This document shows, piece by piece, positions 55,245-63,799 of a stretch of DNA of 64,000 bases (position 1 is the stretch's first letter; each line of letters begins with the position of its first letter). The notes beneath the pieces were generated by a model. The model saw nothing but the letters and a program-made list of their open reading frames with translations, was not told the DNA's origin and did not search any database. This stretch comes from a virus: positions 6,263-70,262 of the IMG/VR virus record IMGVR_UViG_3300047476_000779. One strand, written 5' to 3'. A program made the position numbers and the translations under genes.

Positions 55245-55682
55245 ATGACAAAAACTTTATCCCTTCGTTCCCTCGACATTCCGTCAATTCACAAATTTGG
55301 TATCGGTTTCGATAACATGTTTGACGAACTAATGCGAATGAATAGTCAACAATCCCTAAACTATCCCCCATATAACATCGTCAAGAATACCGAAGATTCC
55401 TTCGATATTCAAGTAGCTGTTTCTGGATTTGGTGAAGGTGAAATCGAAGTCAATCTTGACAATCGAGTATTGACTATCAAAGGTCAAAAGAAGGAAGACC
55501 TAGTTGCTGAGTATCTACACAAGGGTATCAGTACACGTGATTTTGTGCGTGAGTTTACTCTTGCCGAACACGTTGAGGTTATCAATGCTTCACAGAAGGA
55601 CGGTATTCTAACTATTAATTTAGAGCGTATTGTTCCGGAAGAAAAGAAGCCAAAAGCTATTGCTATTAGTTACACTAAATAA
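55245..55682 (+). CDS. small heat-shock protein (Hsp20/IbpA family)
   Basis: Alpha-crystallin domain blocks: DIQVAVSGFGEGEIEVNLDNRVLTIKGQKK ... REFTLAEHVEVINASQKDGILTINLER. RBS AAAGGAGAAAAAT. Confidence 0.85.
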   Translation: MTKTLSLRSLDIPSIHKFGIGFDNMFDELMRMNSQQSLNYPPYNIVKNTEDSFDIQVAVSGFGEGEIEVNLDNRVLTIKGQKKEDLVAEYLHKGISTRDFVREFTLAEHVEVINASQKDGILTINLERIVPEEKKPKAIAISYTK

Positions 55683-55691
55683 TATAATAGC

Positions 55692-55722
55692 AGTGAGTAG
55701 TCGAAAGGCTACTCACTTTCTT
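55692..55722 (+). terminator. rho-independent terminator
   Basis: agtgagtag-tcgaaagg-ctactcact stem with a GAAA loop, then ttctt. Confidence 0.6.
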
Positions 55723-55741
55723 AATTCACTTGGATAATAAC

Positions 55742-56047
55742 ATGCCCAAAACAGAAACAAAAATTAAAATTAAACCTAATCTTGCTTTACAAGAACCACC
55801 GTTGTACAAGATTATCTACATGAATGACAATGTAACCAGCATGGAATTTGTTATCCATAGTCTAATTGATTATTTTGATTACACGGCTGATACTGCCACT
55901 ACTATTACACAGAACATCCACAATGATGGGAGCGCAATTGTAGCAGTGCTACCTTATGAAATTGCCGAACAAAAGGGAATTGAAGTCACACTAGATGCTA
56001 GAACTCAGGGCTACCCGCTTCAAGTAAAAATTGAAGCTGAGAGTTAA
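55742..56047 (+). CDS. clpS: ClpS-like N-end-rule adaptor
   Basis: YKIIYMNDNVTSMEFVIHSLIDYF ... AIVAVLPYEIAEQKG matches the ClpS core (VIL.NDD.T.MEFV..VL...F). Confidence 0.7.
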   Translation: MPKTETKIKIKPNLALQEPPLYKIIYMNDNVTSMEFVIHSLIDYFDYTADTATTITQNIHNDGSAIVAVLPYEIAEQKGIEVTLDARTQGYPLQVKIEAES

Positions 56048-56742
56048 CCTCTGACTTCTATTCTTTTTGCCCAGTAAGGTTCTCTTTTATAATGGGCATT
56101 ATTAATGTAGTTGATATCATTTATATTGGTATCAACTACTTTTCCATATGATCCATAAATCCAATGCGACACTTTCTTTTCAGTGTCTACTATAAGTGCG
56201 AGATTTAACGGAAGTTGTGCGTGTAGTGATTGAGGTTCCTCGTGAAAAAACAAGTCTACACAAGGAACGCTATTTGTTATGATTACTACCTTCTTAACAT
56301 CTAAGTGTCGCTGAAGTTTTTCTAAGGTAGATTTTAAATATACTATATCTTCATGTCGATGTTGTTCCATCATTTCATCTGTTATTGAATCTGTTGGCTC
56401 CATGTTACCATACCAACCGTTACTCCCTAACAATGCGATTCCGTCAATGATGACAACGTTGTGATGTAAGAACGCTACATTCTTTATAGTACGAGTGAGT
56501 TTTATTAATTCATCAGTCTTGCGGTCTATGTTGTGGGAATCTCTGTACTCTAGAGACCCCGCAACATAAAACACTCCTTGATAATATCTAGCCAAATGAG
56601 TTAACACTTGTCTAATAGTCTTTGTGTCGTGACTGATGTTTCCAGCAACAAGACAATATAGACTAGTGGCCTTCCCCTCCCAATTGAACGCTTCACCCGG
56701 TTCTAGGTTAAGGTCACTGATTATATCAAAACCGATGTTCAT
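56044..56742 (-). CDS. calcineurin-like metallophosphoesterase
   Basis: DIISDLNLEPGE (DxH-like), CLVAGNISHD (GN(H)D/E) and further His-rich blocks. Confidence 0.5.
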   Translation of the reverse strand: MNIGFDIISDLNLEPGEAFNWEGKATSLYCLVAGNISHDTKTIRQVLTHLARYYQGVFYVAGSLEYRDSHNIDRKTDELIKLTRTIKNVAFLHHNVVIIDGIALLGSNGWYGNMEPTDSITDEMMEQHRHEDIVYLKSTLEKLQRHLDVKKVVIITNSVPCVDLFFHEEPQSLHAQLPLNLALIVDTEKKVSHWIYGSYGKVVDTNINDINYINNAHYKREPYWAKRIEVRG

Positions 56743-56746
56743 CAGA

Positions 56747-57064
56747 TTATTTTGCTACTCTGATGTTGGCTTTTTTCGGGGCTTTGGTAGTTTTTGCCGC
56801 TGCCTTTGGTTTAGCCTTCATTGCTGCCTTTGGCTTAGCCTTAGGTTTAGCTTTTGGTTTTTCGGCTTCAACTGCCACCGCCGGAGCTTCTGCTACAGTT
56901 TCCTGTACAGGAGCAACTGGAGCTTCTGCGACTGGGACAATCGCTGGGGTATCTACCTTATAAGGTGCGGATTCTTCTACTACTGTTTCTTCCTTTTTGC
57001 GGAAGAAGATGTAATATACAGCTCCTGCTGCAACTAATAAGGCAATTGCTAATTCTAGCGTCAT
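56747..57064 (-). CDS. membrane-anchored Ala/Pro-rich protein with KPKAKPKA basic repeat tail
   Basis: N-terminal TM helix LELAIALLVAAGAVYYIFF, then an AP-rich linker and EKPKAKPKAKPKAAMKAKPKAAAK. The DNA has an 18-bp direct repeat at 56801-56818 and 56824-56841. Confidence 0.5.
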   Translation of the reverse strand: MTLELAIALLVAAGAVYYIFFRKKEETVVEESAPYKVDTPAIVPVAEAPVAPVQETVAEAPAVAVEAEKPKAKPKAKPKAAMKAKPKAAAKTTKAPKKANIRVAK

Positions 57065-57156
57065 TTTTTTCTCCTAAAATTATATTTAGACAAGAAAAAA
57101 CCGTTTCGTTTTTTATATAGTCATAGTTTGCGCAATTCACAGTCAGTAAATACGTC

Positions 57157-57648
57157 ATGTTCAGAAAAACATCACTAGCAGAGATTATGCGTGAGGACTT
57201 ACCTCCCATAGCCTACCAAAAGCGTCTTTGCTATAGGACCGACCGTGATGAAGTCGTAAGGTTGTATAGGATGCTGAACAAACAGATTTTCAACAATAAA
57301 TTGATTATGCCTGAGATTGAAGTCATGGGCCGTTGTCGAAAATACTGGGGCATGTGCTACGGATCAACGACAATGCCCACTAAGACTAAAAGCTATTGTA
57401 AAATACGCATGATGGACAAATGGTATTGTCGTCAGTGGTTAGTGATAGTTTTAGCGCATGAAATGTGCCATCAATATCAATGGGACGTTCAGGGGTTAAA
57501 GAGACTCAATGAGGGAAAAGAGCCTATTATGAGTCATGGACCTAGCTTCTTTGTGTTTAGGGATAAACTAAAGAAACTAGGTATTCCATTAAAGAGCGCA
57601 CATAGTAGAAAACGCTGGTTCTTACATCAAAACGTTTTCAAGTGCTAA
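57157..57648 (+). CDS. SprT-like zinc metalloprotease
   Basis: LAHEMCHQYQW is an HExxH motif in a SprT-like context (...KYWGMCY...). Confidence 0.55.
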   Translation: MFRKTSLAEIMREDLPPIAYQKRLCYRTDRDEVVRLYRMLNKQIFNNKLIMPEIEVMGRCRKYWGMCYGSTTMPTKTKSYCKIRMMDKWYCRQWLVIVLAHEMCHQYQWDVQGLKRLNEGKEPIMSHGPSFFVFRDKLKKLGIPLKSAHSRKRWFLHQNVFKC

Positions 57649-58752
57649 TTATTTGATATTTGGATTCTTGACTACGTTACCGAACTGGTCAACAAGAATA
57701 ACATCCTTAGTACCCTTTTTACCGATACCACGAGATAATGTGACACCCAATGGACGAATACCTGCGATGCCCAATGAACCACCGTTACGTGTACTATCAT
57801 TGCGTAGTAACCAGACCATCATGTGACTTTCTGGGATCTCAGCGGCATTAGTAATAACTGCGTGACAATTAACAGTTATATTGTTTTCTTTCTGTGTGAA
57901 ATGTTCAGGTTTGAATGTCTGAACAACTACACCGCCTTTAGGATTCAAGTCAGCACCGAAGACTGCCCCTAATGCTTCCTGTTCTGTGGGCTCCATAACA
58001 ATTTCTTTGCTTAGTTCATACACAGGAACAGTTCCGGTCTTCATCTTACGTTCACCGATTTGGTTTAGTTGAACGACACCTTTAGCTACTAGTTTATCAA
58101 GAATCGCACGGGCACGTTCACCGAACATGTTATCAGCACTTTCCCACATGTCAGCATCAAGTTTCTTAATACTGATAGGCAAGCTACCACGTTCGCTGGT
58201 CAGTACTACGTCTGCTTTCTTACGATCTGCGGTATCACGGCCAGCTACTTCAACGTTAGTTGCGTTTCTGATTGTCATTTTCTTGCCGCGAGGATCAATA
58301 AAAGTAACATTAGCAGAACCGTACTTTTGAATCACGGATTGTAAAATACTTGCCAATTCTAGTTCGTTAGCAACACCTGCGGATTGGTCACCTTGTTTTC
58401 CAGTATCTTTTACAACTACACTAACTGGACTAGCACTGAACACAATGCCACCTAAACTGCTTAATCCTGGGTCAGAACTATATTCCGGATCGGCTTCGGG
58501 TAGTTGTGCTTTAAGAACTGCTAATAATTCGTTAAGAATAGCTACACGGAACTCATTCTTTTTCTGTCCTGCTGGAATCTGTACCAAAACGTTAATCTTG
58601 TTTCCGGCAAATTTGAAATCCTCGTAACCGTTTTTACGTAAGATTTGTTCTACTTGTTGTTTGGTGACGGGTGTGGGTTGAACATCTACATTCCCCGCTT
58701 TAGGACGGGCGGCAGCTTCAACCAAAGTTCTTGTAAATTCGTAGTGTCTCAT
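57649..58752 (-). CDS. CTS-bearing hypothetical protein
   Basis: Starts [12 protein letters not shown]|A at 58752. The ORF track extends it upstream to 58842. Confidence 0.5.
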   Translation of the reverse strand: MRHYEFTRTLVEAAARPKAGNVDVQPTPVTKQQVEQILRKNGYEDFKFAGNKINVLVQIPAGQKKNEFRVAILNELLAVLKAQLPEADPEYSSDPGLSSLGGIVFSASPVSVVVKDTGKQGDQSAGVANELELASILQSVIQKYGSANVTFIDPRGKKMTIRNATNVEVAGRDTADRKKADVVLTSERGSLPISIKKLDADMWESADNMFGERARAILDKLVAKGVVQLNQIGERKMKTGTVPVYELSKEIVMEPTEQEALGAVFGADLNPKGGVVVQTFKPEHFTQKENNITVNCHAVITNAAEIPESHMMVWLLRNDSTRNGGSLGIAGIRPLGVTLSRGIGKKGTKDVILVDQFGNVVKNPNIK

Positions 58753-58804
58753 GTATAATCTCTCATGTATAGTATTTATCGCAATAATTTTAAAAAGGAA
58801 ACTT

Positions 58805-59395
58805 ATGAGTTTAGTACCAATTGTCATTGAACAAACAAGCAAAGGTGAGCGTAGCTACGACATTTACAGTCGATTAATGCGTGATCGGGTGATCTTACTT
58901 GAAGGCCCTGTAGGAGATCAAATGGCAAATTTGATTGTAGCACAACTTTTATTCCTTGAATCAGAAGATCCTAGCAAGGATATCAGTATGTACATCAATA
59001 GTCCGGGCGGCTCAGTATCAGCAGGATTGGCAATCTATGATACTATGCAGTTCATCAAGCCCGACGTACAGACAATTGTTATGGGTCAAGCATGTAGCAT
59101 GGGATCGTTGCTAGCACAAGCAGGTGCTCCCGGCAAACGAGTTATGTTGCCCAACGCACGACACATGATTCATCAACCTTCAGGTGGTGCTCGTGGTATG
59201 CAAAGTGACATTGAAATTTCCTATAAAGAAATCACTTACTTGAAAAAGCGACTGACCGAAATTTATGTCGAACACAATTCAAAGGGTAAGACCTATGCTG
59301 AGTTTGAGAAGGATATGGATCGTGATACATTCATGTCAGCACAGCAAGCATTGGATTACGGACTTATCGATCAGATTCTAGCTAAACGCCCATAA
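58805..59395 (+). CDS. clpP: ClpP serine protease
   Basis: [18 protein letters not shown] (Ser nucleophile GGSV), MHQPSGG and the overall ClpP layout. RBS AAAGGAAACTT. Confidence 0.9.
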   Translation: MSLVPIVIEQTSKGERSYDIYSRLMRDRVILLEGPVGDQMANLIVAQLLFLESEDPSKDISMYINSPGGSVSAGLAIYDTMQFIKPDVQTIVMGQACSMGSLLAQAGAPGKRVMLPNARHMIHQPSGGARGMQSDIEISYKEITYLKKRLTEIYVEHNSKGKTYAEFEKDMDRDTFMSAQQALDYGLIDQILAKRP

Positions 59396-59396
59396 T

Positions 59397-59425
59397 TTGA
59401 CAATAAATAACCTTTCTGTTACAAT
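59397..59425 (+). promoter_or_regulatory. consensus early promoter TTGACA-17-TACAAT with embedded inverted repeat
   Basis: -35 at 59397-59402, -10 at 59420-59425. A 10-bp IR aacctttctg/cagaaaggtt at 59409-59418 and 59431-59440 spans the -10 and the SD. Confidence 0.6.
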
Positions 59426-59446
59426 AGTTTCAGAAAGGTTATCCAT

Positions 59447-60187
59447 ATGTCCAATAAATTTCTAGCAATTTTAATTTTCTGCTGTGGGTCTGTATTTGCT
59501 CAGGAAACTGACCCGTTCGGTTATCAAAAACTAAACAGTGAAGTATCGTTTAAAGTAAAGAAATTAGATGAACCTGGACCTACTGTAATTCTTATTCACG
59601 GCGGTGGTGGGGTACGAAGTATGCACAACCTCGATGTGTGGTCATACATACTGACCGGTTGGGGATACAACGCCGTCATTATTGATATGTTCTCGGGTAG
59701 GGGTTTGGGTGATCTTACGAAAAACGGTCAACGTCTTTCATTCAGAACCAGAGCTAAAGATGTAACTGAGTTGGCAAAACACATCAGTGTCCAACCGTGG
59801 CACAAAGGCGGAATCGGTACGATTGGGTTCAGTCAAGGTGGGTCTACTGTATTTGCTTTGGGCAAAGATGACGACCAAACACTTATTAAAGCTGGTATAG
59901 CGTACTACCCCGCATGTGCTTATGAGGGCCCTGCGTACACCCCTTCTATTCCCACACAAATGCATTTGGCTATGAAGGATGACTTGTCTAATCCGGCATT
60001 GTGTGGTATAAATTTTTTCTTGAAAAAGCACGATGTACACCGTTATGAAAATGCTAGTCACGTGTTTGACGTTGCCGCCGAAAAAAGAGTCACTCCCAGT
60101 GGGAACGTAATCTGGTATGATCGTGATGCCCACATGTTGTCAAACGACAGGACTAAGGCTTTTTTAGACAAATACCTAATCCAATAA
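59447..60187 (+). CDS. secreted alpha/beta hydrolase (dienelactone hydrolase-like)
   Basis: Signal peptide MSNKFLAILIFCCGSVFAQE. GFSQGGS nucleophile elbow. VILIHGGGG. Confidence 0.6.
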   Translation: MSNKFLAILIFCCGSVFAQETDPFGYQKLNSEVSFKVKKLDEPGPTVILIHGGGGVRSMHNLDVWSYILTGWGYNAVIIDMFSGRGLGDLTKNGQRLSFRTRAKDVTELAKHISVQPWHKGGIGTIGFSQGGSTVFALGKDDDQTLIKAGIAYYPACAYEGPAYTPSIPTQMHLAMKDDLSNPALCGINFFLKKHDVHRYENASHVFDVAAEKRVTPSGNVIWYDRDAHMLSNDRTKAFLDKYLIQ

Positions 60188-60188
60188 T

Positions 60189-60217
60189 TTGACAATAAAT
60201 GGATTTGGGCATATAAT
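60189..60217 (+). promoter_or_regulatory. consensus early promoter TTGACA-17-TATAAT in conserved cassette
   Basis: TTGACAATAAATGGATTTGGGCATATAATAC. -35 at 60189-60194, -10 at 60212-60217. Confidence 0.7.
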
Positions 60218-60247
60218 ACATGTATTGATTGATTAAAGGAGATCGAA

Positions 60248-60463
60248 ATGGCAAATTACTCAATGTACACAGGTTTCGGAAACGATGCTGTTGACGCAAT
60301 TGTACGTAGTGCTAAAGTACTCAAAATGGAATGGCCCCAAGTGCTCCAAGAACTGCGTGACCTTGCTGACCGTTTCCCTGAGGACTTTGGTGAGGCAACT
60401 GATACCGCAGTCCGTGAGGCAGTTTACATCAAACTGGGTTTCACTAGCGATTTTTATGTTTGA
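60248..60463 (+). CDS. hypothetical protein
   Basis: 71-aa ORF with RBS AAAGGAGATCG. Confidence 0.45.
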   Translation: MANYSMYTGFGNDAVDAIVRSAKVLKMEWPQVLQELRDLADRFPEDFGEATDTAVREAVYIKLGFTSDFYV

Positions 60464-60488
60464 CAATAAATCCAAACTCTGATACAAT
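60460..60488 (+). promoter_or_regulatory. early promoter TTGACA-17-TACAAT upstream of rIIA
   Basis: TTGACAATAAATCCAAACTCTGATACAAT. -35 at 60460-60465, -10 at 60483-60488. Confidence 0.65.
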
Positions 60489-60520
60489 ACTTGTATTGAC
60501 ACTGAAACACAGGAACACAC

Positions 60521-62680
60521 ATGAAACTTCACAGCGCAGTCCAAAACGAAGCAATCTTGTCCAACGTGGGTGAGATTGGCGAATTCCGTATTCGCAATTC
60601 AGCTAAGGCTTTTAACATTCTGTCCAGCGGTCTGTATGCTAACAAGATCCGCGCTATCATCCGTGAACTGTCTTGTAATGCCGTTGACAGTCACACTGCC
60701 GCAGGCAAGCAAGACACCCCCTTCGATGTTCACTTGCCCAACAGTTTCGAACCCTACTTTTCTATCCGTGATTACGGTACAGGACTGACACATGACCAAG
60801 TTACAAGCATTTACACTACATACTTTGAATCTACTAAGACTGATTCTAACGCCTTCATTGGAGCTCTCGGTCTCGGTAGCAAGTCTCCTTTTAGTTATAC
60901 TGATAACTTCACTGTAACTGCCATCAAAGACGGTCGCAAAGGTATCTACACCGCTTTCATTAACGAACAAGGTGTGCCTTCTATCGCATTGATGATGGAA
61001 GAAGAAACTACTGACCCCGCTGGTGTCGAGGTTCGTTTCGCTGTCGAGGAACGTTATGACTTTGACAAGTTCCGTAGCGAAGCCCGCTATGTGTACGAAT
61101 ACTTCAAACTGCGTCCTGTAATTTCAGGTAATGCTGACTTTTCTTTCAAGGACCCTACTTACAAGGAACAAAATATCGTTCCGGGTGTTCACTATGGTAG
61201 TGATGGTCATCGCACCTCATACGCTATCATGGGTAACATCAAGTATCCGATTGAAGTACCCAACGCTGAAAAATCTCTCGGTGGTCTGCATGGTCTGCTG
61301 AGTTGCGGTCTGGTCATGGAATTCAACATAGGTGAACTTGACTTCCAAGCGTCACGTGAAGGTCTGAGTTACATTCCTGAAACGATCAACGCAATCAAGG
61401 CTAAGCTGGTTGCTCTGAATGCTCAATTGGCAATTCACATTGCTAACGAAGCCGACAAGATTGAAAACTTGTGGGAGCGGGCACTGTATCTGAACAAGCG
61501 TCACGAGGACTATCTGTTTACTCAGGCTGTGGTTAAGTATGTTCAGGACACTAAGTTTGAACTGTTTGACCCTACACGAAATCGCTGGGATGCGATGAAA
61601 GAATTCAAGCTGAGTGTTGCTGATCTGGCCAGCAAGTACAACATTGCTATCAAGGGCTTTACCAAGACACAAAGTTATCAAACTTGTTCTAACATCAAGC
61701 CGCATCAGGCATACATTCAAGTTGCTGGTCAACAAGCGATTTCACCTGAATGGCAATTCAAGGTCAGTAATGATACTTACTTTGTTATCAACGATACCAA
61801 AGTTGGTGCTACTGAGCGAGCCAAGCATCACTGGCGTAACATGAAGATGCCCACTCACTACAGTAACGTGTATGTGATTGAGGCTCATGTCAAAGACAAG
61901 CCAGTTAAGACTGAGGCTTTCTTCAAGGCACTGTCTACTCCGCCCGGTGGTAAAATCCTCAAGGCAAGTGATCTGCTTGAAAAGGAACGTGCAGGTGGTA
62001 TCGGTAAGAACGTTACTATCATGCATCTGGTTGAAGGTGCGACCCGCGGTCGTTGGTCTAACAATCGTCCTATGGTCTGGCACGATGCTGGTAAGGCAGG
62101 TGACTTTGACAAGAAGACCACTCACTACTATCTGCCATTGAGCGGCTATCAGTGTCTGGGTGTTGTTGCTGACGTTAAGGATCTGCATTACAACCTGAAC
62201 AAGAGTGGTATTTTTACTGACACTATCTATGGCGTTCGCAAGACTGACATGGAATGGGTAAAGAAACAAAAGAACTGGGTCAACCTTGACGAACATATCA
62301 AGGACAAACTCAGTAAAATGGGTCAGGCTGATGTGCTTGGTTTGGTCAAACAAGCTATTGACTGGAAAGAAATTTACCAGTACAATGCTACTAAGCATGT
62401 TACTAACGCTAACAGCCCGTATATGGTTCTGTTCAATACTTTCAAGGATGTGAAAGTTGAAGATAGTAACCGTAAGACACATCTTCAAACCTTGTGTCGT
62501 CAGTACAGTGTACAAACTCAAACAAATGCTGACCCCAGCAAGTTGATTGATAAGTACACTAAGGAAGTGGAAAATGTTTATAAGCGTTATCCACTGTTGA
62601 AACGACTGAGCAAGTACAGCACAGAAGGTGCGGAAGTTGCTGAGTACATTAATTTGATTGATTCTTCTAAAGGTGTTTAA
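60521..62680 (+). CDS. rIIA: rIIA-like protein (GHKL/Bergerat ATPase N-terminus)
   Basis: IRELSCNAVDSH is an N-box ExxxNAxD. Size (719 aa) and position immediately upstream of an rIIB homologue fit T4 rIIA. Confidence 0.6.
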   Translation: MKLHSAVQNEAILSNVGEIGEFRIRNSAKAFNILSSGLYANKIRAIIRELSCNAVDSHTAAGKQDTPFDVHLPNSFEPYFSIRDYGTGLTHDQVTSIYTTYFESTKTDSNAFIGALGLGSKSPFSYTDNFTVTAIKDGRKGIYTAFINEQGVPSIALMMEEETTDPAGVEVRFAVEERYDFDKFRSEARYVYEYFKLRPVISGNADFSFKDPTYKEQNIVPGVHYGSDGHRTSYAIMGNIKYPIEVPNAEKSLGGLHGLLSCGLVMEFNIGELDFQASREGLSYIPETINAIKAKLVALNAQLAIHIANEADKIENLWERALYLNKRHEDYLFTQAVVKYVQDTKFELFDPTRNRWDAMKEFKLSVADLASKYNIAIKGFTKTQSYQTCSNIKPHQAYIQVAGQQAISPEWQFKVSNDTYFVINDTKVGATERAKHHWRNMKMPTHYSNVYVIEAHVKDKPVKTEAFFKALSTPPGGKILKASDLLEKERAGGIGKNVTIMHLVEGATRGRWSNNRPMVWHDAGKAGDFDKKTTHYYLPLSGYQCLGVVADVKDLHYNLNKSGIFTDTIYGVRKTDMEWVKKQKNWVNLDEHIKDKLSKMGQADVLGLVKQAIDWKEIYQYNATKHVTNANSPYMVLFNTFKDVKVEDSNRKTHLQTLCRQYSVQTQTNADPSKLIDKYTKEVENVYKRYPLLKRLSKYSTEGAEVAEYINLIDSSKGV

Positions 62681-62681
62681 A

Positions 62682-63692
62682 ATGAGTTTTCCGTTTATCG
62701 TTCAAGGTAACAATGTTACTGTCGTGATTGGCAACAAGCCTCACACTATTGCCAAGTCTCACATCACTTATAACAAAGTGATTGACGCTATCAAAGCTCA
62801 AGACTGGGACAAGGTCAAGGATATTATTGAGCCTAAAAAGGTCGTACTGAGTTACGGCAAAGGCAACGTGAGTGTCCAGGGTGACCAACTCTACTGGAAG
62901 GGCAAGCCCATGAACAATGGTCTGGCTACTCGCATGATTGCGATGTTGCAGGATGAGTTCCCGATTGAGCCTCTGGTTAACTTCATGGAAAATCTCATGA
63001 CTAACCCTAGTAAGCGTGCCGTTGATGAACTGTATGGCTTCTTAGAAAAGAATAGTCTGCCGATCACTCCCGATGGTTGCTTCTTGGCTTACAAGAAAGT
63101 CCGTAACGACTACTTGGACATTCACAGTGGCACTATGGACAACAGTGTTGGTAAGGTTGTTTCTATGGAACGCAACGAAGTTGACGATGACAAAGATCGC
63201 ACTTGCTCCGCAGGTCTGCACTTCTGTAGTCAAGACTATTTGCCGCACTTTGGTAATGGTTACGACAACCGTGTTGTGATTCTGAAAATCAACCCACGTG
63301 ACGTAGTGTCCATTCCTAGCGATTACAACAACGCTAAAGGTCGGGCATGTAGCTACGAAGTTATCGGTGAAATCGGTAACGATGGAGATCAGATTGACAA
63401 TGCTTTCAACAAGCCTGTACAAAGTAACGCAAGTAACAACATCGCTAAGCCGGTAGCTACTGTGAAGCGTGAAGCAAAGACTGGCTCTACTGACTTCTAT
63501 CGTGGTTACACTGATGGTTACGAAGGTCGTGACTACACTGATCCTGTTGGTGTCAAAGCCCGTAAGGATTATGATGAAGGTTATGACAAGGGTGCGACTG
63601 ATGCGGATTGGGGTGATAGTCCTCGCTATCAATATGTAGCACCTAGTGCTACGAAAGCTCCGACTGGTGTCTGGCCCTTCCCAACTAAGTAA
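62682..63692 (+). CDS. rIIB: rIIB-like protein
   Basis: ITPDGCFLAYKKVRNDYLDIHSGTMDNSVGKVVS ... RTCSAGLHFCSQDYLPHFGNGYDNRVVILKINPRDVVSIPSDYNNAKGRACSYEV parallels the T4 rIIB C-terminal region. Confidence 0.7.
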   Translation: MSFPFIVQGNNVTVVIGNKPHTIAKSHITYNKVIDAIKAQDWDKVKDIIEPKKVVLSYGKGNVSVQGDQLYWKGKPMNNGLATRMIAMLQDEFPIEPLVNFMENLMTNPSKRAVDELYGFLEKNSLPITPDGCFLAYKKVRNDYLDIHSGTMDNSVGKVVSMERNEVDDDKDRTCSAGLHFCSQDYLPHFGNGYDNRVVILKINPRDVVSIPSDYNNAKGRACSYEVIGEIGNDGDQIDNAFNKPVQSNASNNIAKPVATVKREAKTGSTDFYRGYTDGYEGRDYTDPVGVKARKDYDEGYDKGATDADWGDSPRYQYVAPSATKAPTGVWPFPTK

Positions 63693-63710
63693 TACTTAGT
63701 ACTACAAATT

Positions 63711-63734
63711 AGCCCCTTAAATGGGGCTTTTTTT
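63711..63734 (+). terminator. rho-independent terminator of conserved cassette
   Basis: agcccc-ttaaat-ggggct followed by a run of seven T residues. Preceded by TAATACTTAGTACTAC. Confidence 0.65.
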
Positions 63735-63739
63735 GTGGC

Positions 63740-63768
63740 TTGACAATAAATCATTTTGGGCATATAAT
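63740..63768 (+). promoter_or_regulatory. consensus early promoter TTGACA-17-TATAAT in conserved cassette
   Basis: TTGACAATAAATCATTTTGGGCATATAATAC. -35 at 63740-63745, -10 at 63763-63768. Confidence 0.7.
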
Positions 63769-63799
63769 ACATGTATTGAATCAGAAAACGGAGTACGAA

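Noticed and set aside
57085-57120. Putative bidirectional terminator aaaaac-cgtttc-gttttt
   Set aside because: It lies in a divergent, promoter-containing region between a minus-strand start (57064) and a plus-strand start (57157). The stem is only 6 A-T pairs. It is more likely just AT-rich promoter DNA.
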